Origin: Methanotrichaceae archaeon | Lineage (GTDB): Archaea > Halobacteriota > Methanosarcinia > Methanotrichales > Methanotrichaceae | Assembly: GCA_963754945.1 (NCBI GenBank) | Contig: CAVWIG010000017.1 | Coordinates: 160,001-224,000, forward strand | DNA: 64,000 bases | Reading direction: 5' to 3' | Shown here: positions 43,101 to 52,034 of the stretch, in pieces | Layout of the letters: the number at the start of each line of letters is the position of its first letter | How positions within the stretch are numbered: position 1 is the stretch's first letter | Position numbers and translations under genes: made by a program | Notes under the pieces: generated by a model | The model's input: the letters and a program-made list of their open reading frames with translations, nothing else | The model's database searches: none | What the model was told of the DNA's origin: nothing

Positions 43101-43384
43101 TATAATTGCGTCTCTGCACATTTAATTAAGCTTAATAGTTTAAATACTACTAATTAATTGGAGCCTCCTGAACTACTCCCTTAAACCCTCGAAGGCTCCC
43201 CTTCACTCCCTATGAAATCCTAAGATACGCTCTCTGATATTGCTTTTGTGCTATTGCTAAAACAGTTATTTCTAACCCGTAATTGCACCCATGCATATTT
43301 AATTAAACTTGAATAGTTTAAAATAGACTTATTTATTGGAGCCTCTGAAAGATTCTACTCCTAGACTATGCTTTCGCGGGCTCC
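43101..43384 (+). repeat. degenerate tandem duplication (period ~178 bp): AT-rich promoter-like block followed by GGAGCC...GGCTCC stem
   Basis: TAATTGC...TGCA(C/T)ATTTAATTAA(G/A)CTT(G)AATAGTTTAAA...ATTGGAGCCTC repeated at ~43103 and ~43280. Confidence 0.75.
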
Positions 43385-43484
43385 TCCCATACATCCACAG
43401 CGGGCTTCAGAACCCTCCAAGCGTAAACTGATCCTGTAGCTTGCCAATCGGGATAAGACCAGCCACTACAGCCTACCGGGATAG

Positions 43485-43709
43485 TCATTCAACGCTAATT
43501 TCTGTGGAGACGGGATATAGATTATCCCGCTCTTCCGGCACGACAATCCAGGCTATAATGTACGCTATAAGTCCCGCACCGAAGGATAGCACCAAGATCA
43601 AAGTAATCAGCCTGACGATGATCGGATCAATATCAAAATACTCAGCTAGACCGCCACAAATTCCAGCGATTATTCGATTCTTCCTCGAACGATAGAGCTT
43701 CTTGGCCAT
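43485..43709 (-). CDS. PspC-domain protein
   Basis: KKLYRSRKNRIIAGICGGLAEYFDIDP.IVRL...YIIAWIVVP. Confidence 0.92.
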   Translation of the reverse strand: MAKKLYRSRKNRIIAGICGGLAEYFDIDPIIVRLITLILVLSFGAGLIAYIIAWIVVPEERDNLYPVSTEISVE

Positions 43710-43941
43710 TAGGACCTCACGCTTCAATTGTACAACGATTTTAATATAGCTTGTTCTTCATCATGGAAATTATCAATTTGCAGGATTTATAGCATTGCAT
43801 TTAAGAATCTCATCGAGCCACATCTTTTGGCACTTGAGGTTGTCATATCTTCGGGCACATTATTCTCAGCTTACTTCGACAGTTTCATCTATCCTTTCGC
43901 CAAGCTCATTTTGGTCATTCTCGCTTTTATTGCATAAGCGG

Positions 43942-44502
43942 CTATTGCAGTGCTTTCTGCGCGAGTTCTTTGGTCCATTTGCGGATTTCTTCCAAGTCTC
44001 GCGTGTCGATCAATCCTGGACTCGTCTCCTTGAACCCCGCTGCATCGAATTGCTTTATGAGGACACCCAGCGTTCGCCTGAAAATAAAACCCATTTTATT
44101 CTTATCCCAAACGCCGCCGAAAAGGCCCAGAGCAATCGGGTGCAAATGGTACTTCAATGCCTCATCTTCAAGATGCGACTTCTTGATTTTATTCAAGTCT
44201 TCCGTTTTGCCTTGGCGCTCGAAGAGTGATTTCATGGCTGAAGAAACGAAAATCGCAACCTTCTTTTGGGCCAGGTCTTTCTGGAAATCTTTCAGAAAAT
44301 CATCACTCTCACGGGTCCATTTGCCCATCTTGAGGCCGCCGCCAACGATAACAAGATTGAATTCCGAAATATCTTTGATTTCTTCTTTCTTGGCATCGAC
44401 TACTTTTACTTCGAAGTTTTCTTCGCGAAGGATTTTCGCGATTTCTTGTGAGGTTAGAGCTGTTGCACCATAGCGTGTGGCGTAAACGATTAGAGTTTTC
44501 AT
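43942..44502 (-). CDS. flavodoxin-domain protein (HemG-like)
   Basis: MKTLIVYATRYGAT, VIVGGG, FGG, DTRDLEEIRKW. Confidence 0.88.
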   Translation of the reverse strand: MKTLIVYATRYGATALTSQEIAKILREENFEVKVVDAKKEEIKDISEFNLVIVGGGLKMGKWTRESDDFLKDFQKDLAQKKVAIFVSSAMKSLFERQGKTEDLNKIKKSHLEDEALKYHLHPIALGLFGGVWDKNKMGFIFRRTLGVLIKQFDAAGFKETSPGLIDTRDLEEIRKWTKELAQKALQ

Positions 44503-44600
44503 TTTCTCACATCCGATTGTGATTGAAACAATATAAATAGATCGAACCGTAAATAGTTTTGTGAGTAAACCGCCTCCTGGGTATACCGAACAGTACACTG

Positions 44601-45227
44601 ATGACTTCACAGCCTGCGCTGGTCCAAGAGCTGTGGGTGGAGGCAGCATCGCTGGTCTTCCTCCCGGCAGAGAACGTGTCATCTTCACAGTCATTCCAAG
44701 ATGGCCTGGTCTTCGGCGAAGACAAACAGGGCAATATCAACCACCTCTTCTATACGAATAATCCCACAACTGCCTACGAGAAGGTAGCCTGCTACGATGG
44801 TGCCAATTTCAACTACTCCCTGCTTGGAGCCTGTGTTATTCTTTTTCTATCGACGCTTATCTGGCCAATAGGCTTCATATTCAATCGCTGCCCAACAAAG
44901 ACAAAGCCTGTTAAGCTAGGCCGAGCTGCCAGGTGGCTTGCAGGAGTGGCTTGTTTGCTGGATCTGTTCTTCATAGCCGTACTGGCAGCTTTATTATCGA
45001 TCGACCCGATGTCGATTATTTACGGCATCCCCTCCTCGCTCATTGCTGTCCTAGCTATCGCAATGGCTGCATCGATCCTGGCGCTCTCATCCTCTGCACT
45101 AATAGCGCTTGCCTGGAAGGACGGCTACTGGGGCATTGCAGGACGGGTGCATCACTCTGGTTGTCCTGGCGTTGCTGTCTTTATCTGGTGGCTGAACAAC
45201 TGGAACCTGCTGGGCTTCAGGTTCTAG
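44601..45227 (+). pseudogene. C-terminal membrane fragment of a beta-lactamase-family serine hydrolase
   Basis: LVFGEDKQGNINHLF, TM helices, WKDGYWG..GRVH...WNLLGFRF tail; no catalytic domain or good start. Confidence 0.55.
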
Positions 45228-45266
45228 TCCAACCTATTTTTCTGCCATGAGTGTTTATTGATTTTA

Positions 45267-46339
45267 TAGTCCCTAACATAACAGATTTAACTTATCATGT
45301 AAGAATTTGGGAATCCACGTTCTTGCAGAGGAAAGACTCTTCGTCAGGCCAAGAAAGCTGTCTCTCACAATTTCTATGAGTTCCAACTTATTTTCAATTT
45401 CAGATGCAGATATAATCCTCTTTATGCTTTTCCATAGATATTCTATCGGATTTAGGTCTGGAGAATAGGGTGGCAGATAGATCAATTCGATATCCAACGC
45501 TCTTGCTTTTTCTTTTACAATTTTTGCTTTATGTGTTGCGAAATTATCGAGAATCAAACAAATTCTATTTACAGGGTTGTTTCTTCTGACTTCGTATAGA
45601 AATTGGCAAAAATCTTCTTTTTTGGTATGAATTGGAAACTCAATCGTATCAATGCCATTAAGCATAAAACAACCTACGCAATTAGCGCTGAGATGCGCGG
45701 TTATCTTTTTCATCTTAAGTTCCTTAAACGACCAGAGCCGTTCGGTATTTGAGTTGACATTCTGTGATGACTCATCGACAAATCCTAAGATATCCCCCTC
45801 TTTAAGAATCAAGTTTTTTTTAAAATAGTTTCGGCATCATCTGGGCGTCTCTTATCTAGAACATAGGGCTTGGCATGATGCATATTCCACGACGTCAGCA
45901 TTCTCCAAACTTGCATTTCGGAATATTCTACATTGAATTTTTCTTTTATCAATAAGCGCACTTCTTTCAATGTCCAAGCATCTTTTTCACCCAGCAATCG
46001 CTTTAATTCTTCCCGTTCTGAATCCCCCAGTTTAGGCTTTGGACCGCCCGAAAAATTTGGCACAAGGCCAGCATATCCACCTTTGTTCCATGAATCAAGC
46101 CAGCTATAACCAGTCGGCTCTGTTATGTCTATTTTTTCGCAGGCTTCTTTAATCTTATCTCCTTTATAAAGAAACCTTATAAAATATAGTCTTTCAAGAA
46201 CGCGAACGGACTTTTCTTCTTTCTTAATTATTTTATTTAACTCGTCTAGTGTAATATGTTTTATGATCTCTTTCTCTTGCTTTCTTCCCATGAGGTTTTG
46301 TATGTTCTTGTTAGGTTAAAAAAGTTGCGTTAAAGACTA
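45267..46339 (-). mobile_element. IS630-family insertion sequence
   Basis: TIRs TAGTCCCTAACATAAC / TAGTCTTTAACGCAAC, each flanked by TA (45265-45266, 46340-46341). Confidence 0.88.
45273..46291 (-). CDS. IS630 transposase (HTH ORF 45809-46291 + DDE ORF, probable -1 frameshift)
   Basis: FVDES, ILDNFATH, LPPYSPDLNPIEYLW; A8 run at 45814-45821 at the ORF junction. Confidence 0.9.
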
Positions 46340-46479
46340 TAAGTCATATCTTGAATTGATGGCAATTTTCGTATCTCGAAAAAAGATTCTTGGGGAGGAG
46401 AAACCAAAGGACATTTGAATGGTAATTCGATAAATGTCCACTCGAAAGATCTATAGTCCATAAGTTCTTTGAACCGGTC

Positions 46480-46791
46480 ATGGAGTACAAACTGAAGAGG
46501 GGCTTTTCGCCCGACCTGGAGAGAATCAAGGGCGTACTGGAGAAGGAGTTCTCTTCCGAGGCCCGCCTGGATGGGGAAAAGCTCACCCTGAGCTACGGTG
46601 CCCTGAAGAGCATCGAGGTCAGGATCGAAAGCAAGAAGCTGGCGGTTGTTACGCAGTCAGAGCCTGGAGTCAGCGACTATCTGGCGATGGATACAAACAA
46701 GCGATTCAGGAACTTCCTGGAGAGTGCCACAGGGTACACGGCCAAGCAAAGATTGCAGATGGCCAAGAAGGATGTCCAGGGTAAAGACTGA
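46480..46791 (+). CDS. conserved archaeal protein (DUF5611-like)
   Basis: MEYKLKRG...SYGAL...FLESATGYTAKQR. Confidence 0.75.
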   Translation: MEYKLKRGFSPDLERIKGVLEKEFSSEARLDGEKLTLSYGALKSIEVRIESKKLAVVTQSEPGVSDYLAMDTNKRFRNFLESATGYTAKQRLQMAKKDVQGKD

Positions 46792-46795
46792 AAAT

Positions 46796-47896
46796 TCAAT
46801 AGACCGTCAGCTTCCCCTGGACGAACTCCTCCACCAGGTCGTCGGTCCGCTCCAGCCAGTAGTCTATGACAGAGTCTATCCTGGCCTCTTTTGAGGCGGT
46901 GAGGTCCAGGTCTCCGCATACCTTCACCCCTCTGAGCAGCGGTTTGTTGAGAGGAGAGCCTATCTTGCTTACCAGGGTGACATAGGCCTCATCCACCCCT
47001 TCCAGCTCGGCGATCTCTTTTGCTATTCTCTCAGCCAGAACATTGTAGATCTTTCCCACATGGCTGACAGGATTTTTTCCTGCAATCGCCTCCATTGTCA
47101 TGGGCCGCATGGGGGTTATGAGCCCGTTTCCACGGTTTCCCCGACCGGTGGCTCCGTCATCTCCCATCTCAATAGAGGTGCCTGTAACCGTAAGAAAGAT
47201 GTCGCTGCCTGAATCAGCGGCATTGACGCTAACGTCCTCGGTCTTCGACCTTTTTACTACTACTTCCTTAACCCTGGCCTTGGCCTCCATGTAATCCTCC
47301 ATGGAGCTGATGTGCCTGGAGACCATAGCAGCAGCTACCACTATCTTGAGGTCTTCGCCCATCTGCACAGCCATTACCTTATTGTCTTCCCCAACACCCG
47401 GGACTGAGCGGATCTCCCTCTCGAGATCGAGGACCATTGTCTCCACGGAGTTCAAGGGTGCAAATCCGACTCCGATGGATGTGTCGTTGGCCCCACGGCC
47501 AATGAGGCTTCTCAGCTCCGGCGCTCCTTCCTCAGCTCTAGGCTCTACCCTGTAATCCACCAGGTTCTTCAGGGTCTTCTGAAAATGAGATGCCACAGCC
47601 TGGTTGAAAATCTCGTCCAGTGCCCTGCCAGACGGCCTGGTTGCCCTTCCGCCAATTACTACAGACGGAGGAATCAACACCCTCCCGCCACCGAACTCCG
47701 GCTCGCTTTTGCCAGCAATGATCAGGACCTTATCCACGTTGTGATGGAGGATCTGGCCATACTCCTCGATGTAATGCCTGCATAGCTCCCTTGAGATGGC
47801 CTCCGAGATGCCGTCGGCCAGGGTGTCGGGGTGCCCGATGCCTTTGCGCTCCACAACCTCAAAAGGAGGGCGAACGAACTTCTGAAGAGTTATCAT
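46796..47896 (-). CDS. mat: archaeal-type S-adenosylmethionine synthetase
   Basis: [52 protein letters not shown]. Confidence 0.95.
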   Translation of the reverse strand: MITLQKFVRPPFEVVERKGIGHPDTLADGISEAISRELCRHYIEEYGQILHHNVDKVLIIAGKSEPEFGGGRVLIPPSVVIGGRATRPSGRALDEIFNQAVASHFQKTLKNLVDYRVEPRAEEGAPELRSLIGRGANDTSIGVGFAPLNSVETMVLDLEREIRSVPGVGEDNKVMAVQMGEDLKIVVAAAMVSRHISSMEDYMEAKARVKEVVVKRSKTEDVSVNAADSGSDIFLTVTGTSIEMGDDGATGRGNRGNGLITPMRPMTMEAIAGKNPVSHVGKIYNVLAERIAKEIAELEGVDEAYVTLVSKIGSPLNKPLLRGVKVCGDLDLTASKEARIDSVIDYWLERTDDLVEEFVQGKLTVY

Positions 47897-47959
47897 CTTA
47901 CCGCCTGAATAAATGACAATCAAGATTAATTATCTTTTCGAAAATTGAAGGGAGCACTT

Positions 47960-47986
47960 GAGTGTAGCACTCTGAGTACAGCACTC
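47960..47986. repeat. tandem imperfect palindromes GAGTGTAGCACTC / GAGTACAGCACTC in the divergent mat-pan spacer
   Basis: 13-bp units at 47960-47972 and 47974-47986, partial third copy (AGCACT) at ~47953. Confidence 0.6.
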
Positions 47987-48170
47987 TAGGGAGGCGAAGA
48001 TAATCTATCCCATGCAAGGATCGATCAAGGCGTCAATACATCACGGGATACATCAGTGCATCCCTGTTAGAAAATCACCAAAATGACTCAGAATATCCGG
48101 TCTCATATCCGATCTCCGAATATATTACAGGCATGGGTTTATATCCAAAAAAACCCAAGGTTTGTTTCAT

Positions 48171-49406
48171 ATGAGTGAATCAACGACAGTGTCGGACCAA
48201 GGCACAATTCAAGAGTCATTCGCAAAAAGGATCTCCGCTCTGGAGATGGAGATCAAGAACACAGCCGAGGAGCTGGAGTCCACAAAGATGGAACGGGAAG
48301 AGATAAGGGCCAAGCTCTTCGAATCCCTGATAACAAACAAGAAATACCTGCGCGAGGTGGAGAGGCTCAAGAAAGAGAACACTCTCCTACGAAGGATGCC
48401 TCTTTTCATGGCCACTGTGATGGAGGTGGCAGAGGATTACGTTCTTCTAAGGCAGCACGGAAACAACCAGGAGTTCATAACAGCAGCGCCTCCGGAGCTG
48501 ATGAGCAAGCTCGAGCCTAATACCCGCGTTGCAATTAACAACTCCCTGACCATAGTCAGGATTCTAGACAGATCCGTGGACGTCAGGGCCAAGACGATGG
48601 AGCTCATAGAGGCTCCAGACATCTCCTATGACCAGGTGGGTGGGTTGGATGAGCAGATCAATGAGATAAAGGAAACAGTGGAGCTGCCTTTAACAAGTCC
48701 CGAGATCTTTGCCGAGATCGGCATCGAGCCGCCAAGAGGTGTCCTGCTCTACGGCCTGCCTGGCACAGGCAAGACAATGCTGGCCAAGGCAGTAGCCCAC
48801 GAGTCCAAGGCCACCTTCATTCACATGTCCGGCTCAGAGCTGGTTCACAAATTCATAGGCGAGGGTGCTCAGCTAGTCCGTGACATCTTCCAGATGGCCA
48901 GAGAAAAGGCCCCGTCCATTCTGTTCATTGACGAGATAGACGCCGTAGGCAGCATCAGGACCCACGACGGGACAACAGGAAGCGCTGAGGTCAACAGGAC
49001 CATGATGCAGCTCCTGGCGGAGATGGACGGTTTTAGGACCAGGGGAGACATCAAGATAATCGCAGCCACAAACAGAATAGACATCCTGGACCCAGCACTT
49101 CTCCGGCCCGGACGGTTTGACAGGATAATCGAGATACCCATGCCTACTTTAGAGGGCAGGCATAAGATCTTGGAGATTCACGCCCGTAAGATGAAGAAGG
49201 CTCAAAATATAGATCTCCTGGAGATCGCAAAGCAAACCGAGGATGCGAGCGGAGCAGACCTGAAATCCATTGTTGTCGAGGCAGGCATGAACGCCATCAG
49301 AACAGGCGCACACGAAGTGACAGTCCAGGATTTCGAGAAGGCCATAAAGAAGGTGCTGGGTGATGAGGAGGATAGCACCTTAGAAGCCATGAGGATGTTC
49401 ACCTAA
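48171..49406 (+). CDS. pan: proteasome-activating nucleotidase
   Basis: N-terminal coiled coil, OB domain, GLPGTGKT, FIDEID, SRH ATNRIDILDPALLRPGRFDR, C-terminal MFT (HbYX-like). Confidence 0.96.
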   Translation: MSESTTVSDQGTIQESFAKRISALEMEIKNTAEELESTKMEREEIRAKLFESLITNKKYLREVERLKKENTLLRRMPLFMATVMEVAEDYVLLRQHGNNQEFITAAPPELMSKLEPNTRVAINNSLTIVRILDRSVDVRAKTMELIEAPDISYDQVGGLDEQINEIKETVELPLTSPEIFAEIGIEPPRGVLLYGLPGTGKTMLAKAVAHESKATFIHMSGSELVHKFIGEGAQLVRDIFQMAREKAPSILFIDEIDAVGSIRTHDGTTGSAEVNRTMMQLLAEMDGFRTRGDIKIIAATNRIDILDPALLRPGRFDRIIEIPMPTLEGRHKILEIHARKMKKAQNIDLLEIAKQTEDASGADLKSIVVEAGMNAIRTGAHEVTVQDFEKAIKKVLGDEEDSTLEAMRMFT

Positions 49407-49420
49407 ATTTGCCCAAAATC

Positions 49421-49452
49421 AGGCGGATAGAGTTCCGCCTCCTCTTTCTTTA
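49421..49452 (+). terminator. possible terminator hairpin after pan
   Basis: AGGCGGA...TCCGCCT stem followed by a T-rich tract. Confidence 0.4.
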
Positions 49453-49618
49453 TGCGCTTCTTGCTGAAGTATCTAAAACCATAAGATCCTTTAACTCATA
49501 ATATTCTTTGACCTACAAATTCGTTTCTTCCGAGATCTCGTAACTCGTTTAGCATTTTGAAAACCTCTTTCCCATCCATCGGAAACTTTTATGTAGACTC
49601 AACCTATATTCGGTATCG

Positions 49619-50545
49619 ATGGATGTCAATACGATCAAAGACTTGGCCGATCCCTTGATTCTTAGTCACAGGATTCAGGCGAGCGTTGATTCCATTGCAG
49701 GTCAGCACGTCAACATGACCTCCATCGACATTCTCCTCCAGACCATTCACGACATTAACCCGATACCAACTCTTATCAACCTGATCATAATCCTGATCAT
49801 CGCATTTCTTACCTATTATGCCGCCAAGTTCGCAGATAGGATGCTGGCAAACTACATTCCCAAGGTAGTAGGTAGGGCCGAGATCGAGCTGGATGAGACT
49901 GTTGGCGTAATGATAAGAAGAGTGGTCTCCGCCTCCATCTACGTCCTGGGATTAATGCTGATAATTCTTCAGATACCTCAGCTCCATAGCCTGGCTACAG
50001 TGATGCTGGCATCAGCAGGCTTGGCAGGCCTGGCAATCGGTTATGCAGCTAAGGATTCCCTGGCAAACTTCACCTCGGGCGTATTCATAGCAATCTTCAG
50101 GCCATTTCGGGTGGGGGATTGGGTAGACTTCCGGAGCGACTACGGTGTTATAGAGGATTTGACGTTTCGACACACAGTGATTCTGACCAAGGATTACCGC
50201 AGGATCATTGTGCCAAACAACATCATGAGCAACGAGCCGATCATAAACTGGACCATAAAAGAGCCGGTGATCACCTGGAACGTGGACTTCGATCTAGCAC
50301 GGGCATCCGATATCGATAAGGCCAAGGAAATCATACTAGAAGAGGCCAGAAAACATCCCTATGTGCTGAAGGACAGGACAATAAAAGTGCTTGTGAGCGA
50401 TTCGAGATACGCGGAGCTGAACCTGAAACTCTACATAGACATCCCTGGAAGAGCCATGGCCAGCGACATAGCTTCAGACGTCAGGGAAGCTGTCAAGAAG
50501 AGGTTCGAGGCGGAGGGCATACCGCCGGCAAAAAGGGAAGACTGA
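49619..50545 (+). CDS. small-conductance mechanosensitive channel (MscS family)
   Basis: GLAIGYAAKDSLANFTSG, RPFRVGDWV, IVPN, NW. Confidence 0.93.
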   Translation: MDVNTIKDLADPLILSHRIQASVDSIAGQHVNMTSIDILLQTIHDINPIPTLINLIIILIIAFLTYYAAKFADRMLANYIPKVVGRAEIELDETVGVMIRRVVSASIYVLGLMLIILQIPQLHSLATVMLASAGLAGLAIGYAAKDSLANFTSGVFIAIFRPFRVGDWVDFRSDYGVIEDLTFRHTVILTKDYRRIIVPNNIMSNEPIINWTIKEPVITWNVDFDLARASDIDKAKEIILEEARKHPYVLKDRTIKVLVSDSRYAELNLKLYIDIPGRAMASDIASDVREAVKKRFEAEGIPPAKRED

Positions 50546-51115
50546 TCATACCTTTGTGAGCTTGTCTCTTATTATCCTCTGTAGTGGCTCAATCTGTCCG
50601 CGCTTTGCGCTTATGGGGGCTATCTTTTCCGACCATTGACGCCAAGGAGGAAGCATTCCGAGGCGCTCGGCTATGGCATCCAGGACCCAGTCCGTATCTT
50701 TTTTGGCTATCCTGTCTATCTTGTTCGCCGCCATAACCACGTCCAGTCCCAGATCACTTAAAAACTCATAAAGCTCGATTTCCAGGGGAACCTCTCCCCG
50801 GCCCTCCCATCGATCGGCAATGTCCAGGAAAGACCCAGTGTCTATCACTTGAACTGCCAGGAGGATCTCGCTTGCGTTCTCTTCGAAATAGTTAACTATT
50901 AGGTCTTTGGCCTTGTCCTGATCCGCCTTGCTAATATTCTGCATGAAACCATAACCCGGCATATCCACGTAGAAGACGTTGCCAACCTGGACTTTGAAAT
51001 AGTACCTAGTGATCCCGGGCCTCCTACCGACTCTGACCTTCTTTCCAGTAAGCGCCTTGAAAAGAGTAGACTTGCCGACGTTAGACCTGCCGATTAGGAC
51101 AATCTCCTTGGGCAT
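50546..51115 (-). CDS. engB: GTP-binding protein EngB
   Basis: GRSNVGKS, PGIT, DMPGYG, NKID, ISAK. Confidence 0.93.
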   Translation of the reverse strand: MPKEIVLIGRSNVGKSTLFKALTGKKVRVGRRPGITRYYFKVQVGNVFYVDMPGYGFMQNISKADQDKAKDLIVNYFEENASEILLAVQVIDTGSFLDIADRWEGRGEVPLEIELYEFLSDLGLDVVMAANKIDRIAKKDTDWVLDAIAERLGMLPPWRQWSEKIAPISAKRGQIEPLQRIIRDKLTKV

Positions 51116-51185
51116 AGCCCAATAAATGTAGCCCGTATTGAAAAGGTTGTCTTTGATAGAGCTAAGATTAGAGCTAATTAAAGAG

Positions 51186-52034
51186 CTAAAAAGTGCCTCG
51201 GGATTTCATGGCTCTGTGCCAGTTCTCTCTCTCCCAGAGGTCCAAGGCACCCGTTTCCTCGTCCAGATAGCTTCTCATCCGCTCGATTAACAGATTCCAA
51301 TCCACCTGATGAGCATCGAACTCTGGACCATCCACACAGCCGAACTTGACCTCGCCGCCCACTGAGCACCGGCAAGCTCCGCACATCCCAGTCCCATCAA
51401 CCATCAATGGCATTAGGCTGACCCTTGTCTTCACATCGAGCGGCCTGGTGGTGTTGGCAATCTCCATCATCATGAAGCTGCAGCCCACGGCGAAGACTCT
51501 GTCTATTTTCTCCTCGCCCATAAGTTTTGCCAGCGGCTTGGTTCCAAAGGCGGCCTCGGCGCTTCCGTCTCCGCAGGTGGTTATGAGCCGATCGGAGACG
51601 GCTTTCAGTTTGTCCAGCCAGAAGAGCCAGTCTTTGTTCCTGGCCTCCACAATGAAGATAACCCTGTTTCCTGCTTCCTTAAGGGCTCTGGCAAGGGCAT
51701 AGCCCGGCCCGATTCCAAAGCAGCCGCCAACAACGACCACAGTACCGTAGTTCTCGATCCGGGCCGGAGTCCCAAGGGGTCCGGCTACGTTGAGAATAGA
51801 ATCTCCCTTCTCAAGAGCCGCCAGCTTTCGAGTGGAAACCCCGACGTCCTGCACGATCACTGTGATGGAATCTTCATCCCAGTCGGCCAGGCTGAGGGGA
51901 ACACGCTCTCCAGTCTCATCGACGCGAACGATCACGAATTGACCGGGCTTTACCTTTCCGGCCACATCGGGTGCGCTGATCCTAAGCCTCACAAGGCCCG
52001 GTGACAGAAGCTCCTTCTCAAGGACTTCATACAT
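51186..52034 (-). CDS. NfnA/SudB-like FAD/NAD-binding [2Fe-2S] subunit
   Basis: PGQFVIVR, GERVPLS, GPLG, MVDGTGMCGACRC...CVDGPEF. Confidence 0.92.
   Translation of the reverse strand: MYEVLEKELLSPGLVRLRISAPDVAGKVKPGQFVIVRVDETGERVPLSLADWDEDSITVIVQDVGVSTRKLAALEKGDSILNVAGPLGTPARIENYGTVVVVGGCFGIGPGYALARALKEAGNRVIFIVEARNKDWLFWLDKLKAVSDRLITTCGDGSAEAAFGTKPLAKLMGEEKIDRVFAVGCSFMMMEIANTTRPLDVKTRVSLMPLMVDGTGMCGACRCSVGGEVKFGCVDGPEFDAHQVDWNLLIERMRSYLDEETGALDLWERENWHRAMKSRGTF

Noticed and set aside
43101-43384. CRISPR or mini-array interpretation of the tandem repeat
   Set aside because: Only two degenerate ~178-bp units, no identical short repeats with unique spacers, and no cas genes
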